Part shown: positions 57,467 through 64,000 of the stretch, piece by piece | How the letters are laid out: each line of letters opens with the position of its first letter | How positions within the stretch are numbered: the first letter of the stretch is position 1 | From: Myxococcota bacterium | GTDB lineage: Bacteria; Myxococcota_A; UBA796; SXON01 | Direction: 5' to 3' | NCBI GenBank assembly: GCA_040386535.1 | Contig: JAZKFH010000015.1 | Coordinates: 1 to 64,000, forward strand | Length of the DNA: 64,000 bases | Program-made: the position numbers and the translations under genes | The notes under the pieces: generated by a model | What the model saw: only the letters and a program-made list of their open reading frames with translations | What the model was told of the DNA's origin: nothing | Databases searched by the model: none

Positions 57467-58069
57467 CTATTCCTGCTCGATCAGCGGGTAGGTGATGGCG
57501 CCCGTCACGTCGACGACGAGGTAGCTGGTCCAGTACTCGAACTGGTAGCCGTACGTGATGGTCGTCCCGTCGAAGCTGGCGCTCTCGTCGGACGCGGACT
57601 CCTCGAGCCCGCCGTCGTTCTCCTGGAAGAAGTAGACGGCGGCGGCGTCATCCGAGAGGACCACGCCGCGCCAGCCGGTGCCGAGGCCGAGGTAGCCGTC
57701 ACACGCGCTCTCGCGGTCGGGCTCTACTTCGTAGAACCAGTCGCAGATGCCGCAGAGGTCATGGAGCGCCTCGTAGTCGCTGGAGCCCTCGAGGACCGCG
57801 CTGCCGGTCTCGACGACCGTCTCGTCGCACGAATAGTCGAGGTACTCCGACTCGAACACGAAGCGCCGCGTGGCGTTCCACACCGTGTAGTCCGGCACCA
57901 TGACCGGCTCGATGTCCGTGTCGACCGAGGTGTCGTCCGTGTCGGCTGCGGTGTCGTCCGCGTCGGGCGCGGTGTCGTCAGCCACGTCTCCAGCTGTGTC
58001 ATCCGCGAGCTTGATGGAGCCCGGGTTGCATGCGGAGAGGAACAGGACAGAAAGCAGGGTGCGTGACAT
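57467..58069 (-). CDS. Hypothetical acidic lipoprotein
   Basis: MSRTLLSVLFLSAC; DDT-rich linker; CxxC motif (CGIC). Confidence 0.75.
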   Translation of the reverse strand: MSRTLLSVLFLSACNPGSIKLADDTAGDVADDTAPDADDTAADTDDTSVDTDIEPVMVPDYTVWNATRRFVFESEYLDYSCDETVVETGSAVLEGSSDYEALHDLCGICDWFYEVEPDRESACDGYLGLGTGWRGVVLSDDAAAVYFFQENDGGLEESASDESASFDGTTITYGYQFEYWTSYLVVDVTGAITYPLIEQE

Positions 58070-58155
58070 GTTCGTTCCGTGGAGGGCCGGGGCTATTAAC
58101 CCACGAGGCTCATGTTCCGAACGATTCATGCCACGCACCGTGGCTTTTTGCAATG

Positions 58156-58241
58156 TGGTGCGGGAGAGGGGACTTGAACCCCTACGGGAGTTACCCCACC
58201 AGGTCCTGAGCCTGGCGCGTCTGCCATTCCGCCACCCCCGC
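58156..58241 (-). tRNA. tRNA-Leu (anticodon CAG)
   Basis: GCGGGGGTGGCGGAATGGCAGACGCG-CCAGG CT CAG GA CCTGG-long variable arm-GGTTCAAGTCC...GCACCA. Confidence 0.97.
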
Positions 58242-58267
58242 GGGTGACTCTTCGGTCGCCCACCGAT

Positions 58268-60220
58268 TTATGGGGGTGGCTGCACGGTGTCAAGGTCATC
58301 CGGCGCGACGGATCGCGAATCCAGCCGCCACACCTCCCAACGGGCGCCGGCGTACAGCCGGGTGGCGTCCCGCAGGAGCAGGTCCCGCAGCTGTGTCTCG
58401 GGGGCTTTGAACTGGGCTTCGAGCACGTCCGGCTTCAAGAAGGGGTAGCTCTTCTTGAGGAAGTGCACGTCGCCGACGAGGAGGTAGCGCACGCCGCCGT
58501 CCGCGAGGGCGGTGAGCGCGTCATCCCCGTGTTGCCACACCCAGTAGCGGGTGGGGACGTGGTCCTCGACGGAGCCCAGGATCCAGGGCTGCGGCACGTA
58601 GTAGCCGTGCCACGCGAACAACATCGCGACCGGCGCGTCTGCCGGGACGTGCTCGCGCAGGAACCGCAGGGCCTCCCAGGCGGGGAGGGTGTCCGAGAGG
58701 AACGCGTCCCTCGTCTGGTTGCCGGTCGCCACGGCCATCCGCTCGGCGGTGCGTTGCCAGGCCGGCGCGAGGTTCGCGGGGAGCGACACCACGAGGAGCA
58801 GCCACGCTGGCCATCGTCGAGGGAGGGCGCCGCCCGCGAGCGCGGCGATCGCGGCCACCGGTAGCAGGTAGCGGACGATCTGCGCGCCGAGGGCCCAGCC
58901 GACGAACCCAAGCGCCGCGACGAAGGCGAGCCTCCGCACCGCGCCGTCGCGACGCGAGGCCCCCACCGCCGCCGCCGCGAGCGCCGCCCACAACAGCGAG
59001 ACGCGCCCGAGGAACACGAACGAGTCCGTCTCCGCGCGCATCAGGAGGTTCCACGGGAGCAGCGCGGTCGCGAGCAGATCCCGCCCGAGCCCGTACTTCT
59101 CGGGGTAGACGAACACGAACGCGGCGCCGGGGACGTCGGACGTCGGCCATCCCGCGAACGGGAAGAGCGGGTGGAGCCCCTCGTACACGTTGCGGGCCCA
59201 CCAGGGGACGACGGGCGCGAGCGTCGCGATCGCGGCGAGCACGATGCGGCGGGGATGCGCGCGGAGCCCGTCCCATGCGGCGATCAGCGCGAGCCCGCCG
59301 ACCACCGGGGCCGCGGTGTACTTGGCCGCGAGCGCGAAGCCGCACATCCAGCCCATCAGGACCCAGCGGCGCGCCAGCATCGCGTCGGCGGCGACGAGGA
59401 GCCAGAGGGCCACGACGTGGTTGTTGTAGGCGAGTCCGGCCTCGCGGAGCCAGCTCCACGACCCGAGCAGGGACAGCGCGGGCAGATCGCCCTGGCCGCG
59501 GCCGAAGCGGGCCTCCGCCAGCGTGCGTACGCCGAGCGCGAGGACGGCGGTGATGGCGAGGTGCCAGAGGCGGGGCGCGGCCTCGCCGCCGAGGGCGTAG
59601 AGGGCCGCGAACACGAGGTGGACGGGCAGGGGGCGGCTGCCGTCGGGGTTCAGGAGCCCGCCCAGCAGGTGGCCGCTCTCGACCATCCGCCGCGGGAGCG
59701 CGAGGTGGTAGGAGAGCTCGTCGGTGTCCGTCGGGGGCGCGAGCGCCTCGACGAGGCCGGGCAGGAGGAACGCGACGCCGACCACCCACACGGCAACGGG
59801 GACCTCGGGGAGGCGGATCCGGGGGCGGGCGGCCCAGCCGGCGGCGGTCGCGAGCACGACGGTCGCCGCGGCGATGGGCCCGATGGCGCCGGCCAGCGCG
59901 AACAGCCCCATCCCCGCGCCCTGGACGGCCACGCCGAGGCCCAGCGCCGCGAGCCAGCCCGAGGGGGCGTCGAGCGCCTCGGGCGCCGTCGCGCGCAGCA
60001 GGGCCCCGCCGGCGCCCATCGCGGCCACGAGCGCCACGAGCGCGGGGACACCGCCACGCGCGAGCGCGAGGAAGGCCTCGGGGCGGACGGTGCCCGCGGG
60101 GTCGAGCGCCACGAACGTGACGGCGAGCGCGACCGCGAGGAGCGCGGCGAGCCCGGCGCGTCCGCGCGCGGGGCCGGGCGCTGACGTGCCGACGGCCTCG
60201 ACCTGCGCGGGCTCGCTCAC
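58268..60220 (-). CDS. GT-C fold (ArnT/PMT-like) membrane glycosyltransferase
   Basis: Many TM helices; PP.DTDELSYHLALP, A.AAKYT, PWWARN...HPLFPF, RYLLP; GTGA overlap. Confidence 0.75.
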   Translation of the reverse strand: MSEPAQVEAVGTSAPGPARGRAGLAALLAVALAVTFVALDPAGTVRPEAFLALARGGVPALVALVAAMGAGGALLRATAPEALDAPSGWLAALGLGVAVQGAGMGLFALAGAIGPIAAATVVLATAAGWAARPRIRLPEVPVAVWVVGVAFLLPGLVEALAPPTDTDELSYHLALPRRMVESGHLLGGLLNPDGSRPLPVHLVFAALYALGGEAAPRLWHLAITAVLALGVRTLAEARFGRGQGDLPALSLLGSWSWLREAGLAYNNHVVALWLLVAADAMLARRWVLMGWMCGFALAAKYTAAPVVGGLALIAAWDGLRAHPRRIVLAAIATLAPVVPWWARNVYEGLHPLFPFAGWPTSDVPGAAFVFVYPEKYGLGRDLLATALLPWNLLMRAETDSFVFLGRVSLLWAALAAAAVGASRRDGAVRRLAFVAALGFVGWALGAQIVRYLLPVAAIAALAGGALPRRWPAWLLLVVSLPANLAPAWQRTAERMAVATGNQTRDAFLSDTLPAWEALRFLREHVPADAPVAMLFAWHGYYVPQPWILGSVEDHVPTRYWVWQHGDDALTALADGGVRYLLVGDVHFLKKSYPFLKPDVLEAQFKAPETQLRDLLLRDATRLYAGARWEVWRLDSRSVAPDDLDTVQPPP

Positions 60221-61569
60221 GGCGCCGCCGGGCGCAGGCGCACCGCGTCGCCGCCGGGATGGGACAGCGTGATCCGGCCGACCCCGACGGGCCCCGCCGG
60301 CACCCACGCGGCCCCGTCCCACTGGTCCATCATCCACCCGCCGACGGGCCAGTCGAGCGTCCAGCTCACCGGGCCGTCCCGGTGCGCCCCGCGCCATCCG
60401 CCCGCGATCGTCTGCCCGGCGCCCTCGGCGCGCGGATCGTCGTCATCCAGGACGAGCTCGGGAACGGTCGCGACGAGCACGCGGGCATCCTCCCGAAAGA
60501 GCAACCACGGTCCCCACCGGGACGGCGCGCGCTGGTGGCCCGCGCGGCGTAGCTCCACACCGTCGGAGCAGCGCACGTCGATGTCGCCGGTCCCCGCGCG
60601 GTAGGCGCCCCGGTCCTCCCAGCACGCCACCGGGCCCCACAGGCCGAGGCCGTACACGAACCCCGTGTCGGCGGCGTAGACACGGCGCTCGCCGCTCGTC
60701 ATGTCCTGCACGTACACGCCCTCCTCGTCCAGCCAGGCCAACCAGCGGCCATCCCCCGTGACGTGCCGCTCGCTGCGCGCGGTTCGCGCCAGGGGCGTGC
60801 GCCCGCCCTTGTCGGCGCGGGCCCACACATCCTCTCCCGTCAGCCCGCCGTCTTCGATCCAGGCCGCCCATGGCCACGCGAGCGCCGTCGGCGAGCCGGG
60901 GAGGGGCGTGGCGTCCGTCCGATCACGGATCCGCTCGGAGAGCGCGAACGCCTCGACGTGGTCGGACCAGGCGAACACGCCGTGAACCCCGTCGGTCGAC
61001 GGCGGACCCACGGTACCAGGCGCCACCCGGGTCTGATCCGGCGCGGGACTCGTGTCCGGCAGGCGCCACAAGCCGAGCTCGGGGGCGAGCACCGCCCCGG
61101 GCCCGATCCCCGGCGCCTCGGCGCCCGCCGACAACGTGACGCTGGCGCGCGTACCGAGGTGGTCCGCCCGATCCACGCGGCCTGTCGTCGAGCACCACAC
61201 CACCCACGGTCCGGCGAGCGTCGGATAGCGGTCGTCGCGGCACGAAGTGGCCTCGATCGTCGGGAGCGACCGCACCTCGGGCCGCACCAGGACGAGCCCG
61301 CTGTCGTCGGCGGGCTGCACGTCGAGGGTGATCGACACCCCGCCGGCCGTGACCACGAGGGGGCCCGCGGCGCGTGGGGTCACCCTGGCCTCGAGCCCGA
61401 GGTCCTCGTCCACGCCCTCCCATTCGACCTGGGCGGGCCAACCGCCTGCCCAGGACGCGAACAGCCGCACCGGCTCTCCCACCGAGGGGCGGAGGTCCGA
61501 CGCGGCGATGGCGAGGACAGCGAGCGCTCCTGACCCCAGGGCGCGCGGAGCTGTCACCGGCGGGGTCAT
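60217..61569 (-). CDS. Hypothetical beta-rich (Ig-like + propeller-like) protein
   Basis: Repeated L.GPW.(V/A)W.D blades; coupled to the downstream GT gene. Confidence 0.55.
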   Translation of the reverse strand: MTPPVTAPRALGSGALAVLAIAASDLRPSVGEPVRLFASWAGGWPAQVEWEGVDEDLGLEARVTPRAAGPLVVTAGGVSITLDVQPADDSGLVLVRPEVRSLPTIEATSCRDDRYPTLAGPWVVWCSTTGRVDRADHLGTRASVTLSAGAEAPGIGPGAVLAPELGLWRLPDTSPAPDQTRVAPGTVGPPSTDGVHGVFAWSDHVEAFALSERIRDRTDATPLPGSPTALAWPWAAWIEDGGLTGEDVWARADKGGRTPLARTARSERHVTGDGRWLAWLDEEGVYVQDMTSGERRVYAADTGFVYGLGLWGPVACWEDRGAYRAGTGDIDVRCSDGVELRRAGHQRAPSRWGPWLLFREDARVLVATVPELVLDDDDPRAEGAGQTIAGGWRGAHRDGPVSWTLDWPVGGWMMDQWDGAAWVPAGPVGVGRITLSHPGGDAVRLRPAAP

Positions 61570-61591
61570 CGGGCGACCCCTGCGTGAGTCG

Positions 61592-62983
61592 TCAGCGAGC
61601 CGACGTGTCCTCGGCAACACCGCAGCAGCTCACGGTGAGCGTGATGGAGTCGGTCACCGAGGCGCCCGTACAGTCCACGACCGTGAGGTCGAAGTCGAAC
61701 TCGGTCTCCGAGCACTCGCCCGGGGCGGACGCTGCGGAGTCCTCGAGGGTCACCGTGGGGTTGAGGATGTTCGGGTCCGAGATGGTCGCGTCGGCGTTGT
61801 CGGTGGTCCACAGGATGGTGTACGGGTCGCCGTCGGCGTCCGTCACCGTGGCCGTGGCGCCGAGGGATACGGTCTGGTCGGAGCAATCGTCGCAGTCGTA
61901 GGTGTAGCCGCTCTCCTCGCACGTCGCGGAGCCGCCGTCCACCGTGGTGTCGGTGCCCGCCGTGATGGTGGGGCGCTCGTTGCTGCGGCGCTCGGCGGCC
62001 GTGATCGTCACCAGGTCGGGCGAGGCCCACGTGGTGCCGTCGTTCACCGCGCAGGACAGCACGTACTCACCGGCAATGTCCGGGTAGAACGTGGGGGTGA
62101 CGGCGGTGCGATCGGAGAAGGTCGTGTTGTTGACCGCGGAGCCGGTCGGCTTGGACTGGACCTCCCAGAGGTAGGTCAGCGCGTCACCGTCGGGATCGGC
62201 CGAGCGGGAGCAGTCGAGGACGAGCGTGGTGCAGTCCTCGCCGGCGGGCTGGTCGTCGCCCGCGTTGGACACGGGCGCGTGGTCGTCGGCCATGGCGGTC
62301 ACGGTCACGGCGTCGGAGACGGAGCGCGCGATCCCGTTGTTGACCACGAGGTTGAGGACGTACACGCCCTTCACGTCGGGGGTGAACGAGCCGCCCACGG
62401 TGTCGGCGCCGGAGATGTCGCTGACCGTGGAGGACGCCGGCTTGTCGACGACGGACCACGAGTAGGAAAGCGTGCGGCCGCGCGGGTCGTAGCTGAGCGA
62501 GCCGTCGAGCGCGACGAGGGTGCCGACGTCCGCCGACGCGTCGGTACCGGCGTTGGCGACGGGCACCGTCTCCGGGTCTTCGATGGTGACGATGACGTAG
62601 TCGGGGTCGGACTCGAGCCCGGTCGTGTCGGTCACCGTGAGCTTCACCACGTAGGTCCCGACCGCGTCGGGCATGAAGCCCGTGCCGGACTCGCCCGTGT
62701 GGTTGGGGCTGAGGGGGGCCTCGCCCGTGGGGAGCGTGGAGGCCTCGGGCACGTGATCGAAGGCCCAGTGGAACGTCAGGGCGTCGCCGTCGGGGTCGCT
62801 CGACGCGGCCCCGCTCAGGGACACCGGGGTGTCCGCTGTCTGGGTGATGGATTCACCGGCCTCGGCCACGGGCTTGCCGTTGACGGTCCCGACGACGTCG
62901 GTGTCGGTATCCCCCGCGTCCTTGTCGCCGCTGGTACAGGCGGGCATCACGGCGAACATCGCCAGAAAGAGAGTCGTGCGCAT
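61592..62983 (-). CDS. PKD/REJ-like Ig-repeat lipoprotein
   Basis: MPAC lipobox; four P.A.AG...LDG..S.DPDGD.LT..W...P...G.Y...L.V.D repeats; Cys-rich last domain. Confidence 0.85.
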   Translation of the reverse strand: MRTTLFLAMFAVMPACTSGDKDAGDTDTDVVGTVNGKPVAEAGESITQTADTPVSLSGAASSDPDGDALTFHWAFDHVPEASTLPTGEAPLSPNHTGESGTGFMPDAVGTYVVKLTVTDTTGLESDPDYVIVTIEDPETVPVANAGTDASADVGTLVALDGSLSYDPRGRTLSYSWSVVDKPASSTVSDISGADTVGGSFTPDVKGVYVLNLVVNNGIARSVSDAVTVTAMADDHAPVSNAGDDQPAGEDCTTLVLDCSRSADPDGDALTYLWEVQSKPTGSAVNNTTFSDRTAVTPTFYPDIAGEYVLSCAVNDGTTWASPDLVTITAAERRSNERPTITAGTDTTVDGGSATCEESGYTYDCDDCSDQTVSLGATATVTDADGDPYTILWTTDNADATISDPNILNPTVTLEDSAASAPGECSETEFDFDLTVVDCTGASVTDSITLTVSCCGVAEDTSAR

Positions 62984-62992
62984 CGGATGCTC

Positions 62993-64000
62993 CTACGGGC
63001 TGTACTCGCCGGTGCAGGTGTAGGTGATGTTGACGGTGTCGGAGTCGGTGTCGGCGCAGTCGCTCACGCTGAGGACCACTTCCCAGTCCCGAACCGTCGC
63101 AACGTTGTAGGTAGCGGGGAACGACGGGGTGAGCACCTGGGTCTCGGGGCTGTACCGCGAGACGATGGTGAGCTCGCCCGAGGCGTCGGACCAGAGGAAG
63201 TCGAGGTCGTCGCCGTCGACCGGGTCGTCGGACGCGCTGCCGTCGAGAGTCACGTCTTCCGACGGGCAATCATCGCAGGTGAAGACGTACGACGCCGTGG
63301 TGCACTCGGCGGCGACGGTGATGGTCTGGTCCTCGCCGGCGTTGGCGATGGGCCGGTTGTTCGCGGACTCGTCCGAGAACGTGTAGCTGACGATGTCCGG
63401 GGCGGACTCGAAGGCGCCGTCGTGGACACGCAGCTCGAAGGTGTACGTGCCGACGATGTCCCAACCGAAGAGGGGGTTGGCGAGGACCTCCTGTCCCTCC
63501 GCGAACGAGGCGGCGGAGCCCGTCGGGGCGCTGAGCAGCGACCACGCGTAGGTGAGCTCGGCGCCTTCGGGGTCGTAGCTGCCGTAACCGTCGAGCTCGA
63601 AGTTCTGCTCGGTGCAAGGCGAGAGCGCGCTGCTCGCGCCGGCGTCCGCGATGGGAACCGCGTTGGTCGACTCGACCGTGATGCTGCAGAAGTCGGCGGC
63701 GGACCAGTTGCTGCCGTCGCTCACGGTGAGGCCCACCACGAAGACGCCGGCGCAGTCGGGCACCACGGCCGGGCTCGCGGTGAACGCATTGAACACGTCG
63801 GACACACCGAGGCCGGAGCAGGACGGCGCGGACGAGAGCGACCACTTGTAGACGAGCTCGGCGCCCTCGGGGTCGGTGGACGCGGAGCCGTCGAGATCGA
63901 CGCGCTCATCGACGCCGGCGACGAGGTTGGCGCCGCAGTCGGCGATCGGTGCGGCGTTGCCGGACGCGACGGTGATCACGATGTAGTCGGCGGAGGAGAC
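62993..64000 (-). CDS. PKD/REJ-like Ig-repeat protein, partial (start beyond window end); paralog of the downstream gene
   Basis: Same repeat motif and same C...Y..C.DC terminal domain; frame appears open to the window edge. Confidence 0.8.
   Translation of the reverse strand, partial: VSSADYIVITVASGNAAPIADCGANLVAGVDERVDLDGSASTDPEGAELVYKWSLSSAPSCSGLGVSDVFNAFTASPAVVPDCAGVFVVGLTVSDGSNWSAADFCSITVESTNAVPIADAGASSALSPCTEQNFELDGYGSYDPEGAELTYAWSLLSAPTGSAASFAEGQEVLANPLFGWDIVGTYTFELRVHDGAFESAPDIVSYTFSDESANNRPIANAGEDQTITVAAECTTASYVFTCDDCPSEDVTLDGSASDDPVDGDDLDFLWSDASGELTIVSRYSPETQVLTPSFPATYNVATVRDWEVVLSVSDCADTDSDTVNITYTCTGEYSP

Noticed and set aside
58156..58241. tRNA-Leu as an island integration site
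   Set aside because: No integrase and no duplicated tRNA 3' end noticed in the window

Overview
This is a very GC-rich bacterial window, most consistent with a myxobacterium-like (Myxococcota) genome, based on MYXO-CTERM-like tails, an MglA-like GTPase, CdnL, an AgmX/PglI-type C-terminal domain and many Asp/Thr-rich lipoproteins. About 1-34 kb is accessory and surface-oriented. It holds an almost purely acidic DADS/poly-Asp lipoprotein, an HTTM-like gene pair, an orphan TadG-TadE-TadE cassette, a FIST + hybrid kinase + rifamycin phosphotransferase (rph) block, two CotH-family kinases, a lipoprotein serpin, PLD, FG-GAP and ferritin-like proteins, an amidase with metal-binding repeats and a GH13 enzyme. 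About 34-64 kb mixes housekeeping genes (rdgB, cysS, cdnL/carD, aconitase, recJ, lgt, NUDIX, tRNA-Leu-CAG) with unexplained operons. The strongest candidates for undescribed systems are: (i) a sigma54-driven four-gene operon with three beta-propeller lipoproteins and an outer-membrane barrel (51.5-56.8 kb); (ii) a radical SAM/SPASM enzyme fused to an N-terminal 'RLGHAPNCSS' + TM segment inside a tightly coupled membrane operon (38.7-41.5 kb); (iii) recurrent ultra-short, uncharged signal peptides; and (iv) an rph gene behind a FIST/kinase pair with no RAE element. No CRISPR array, rRNA, integrase or transposase was seen. All assignments come from reading motifs by eye; no database searches were run.
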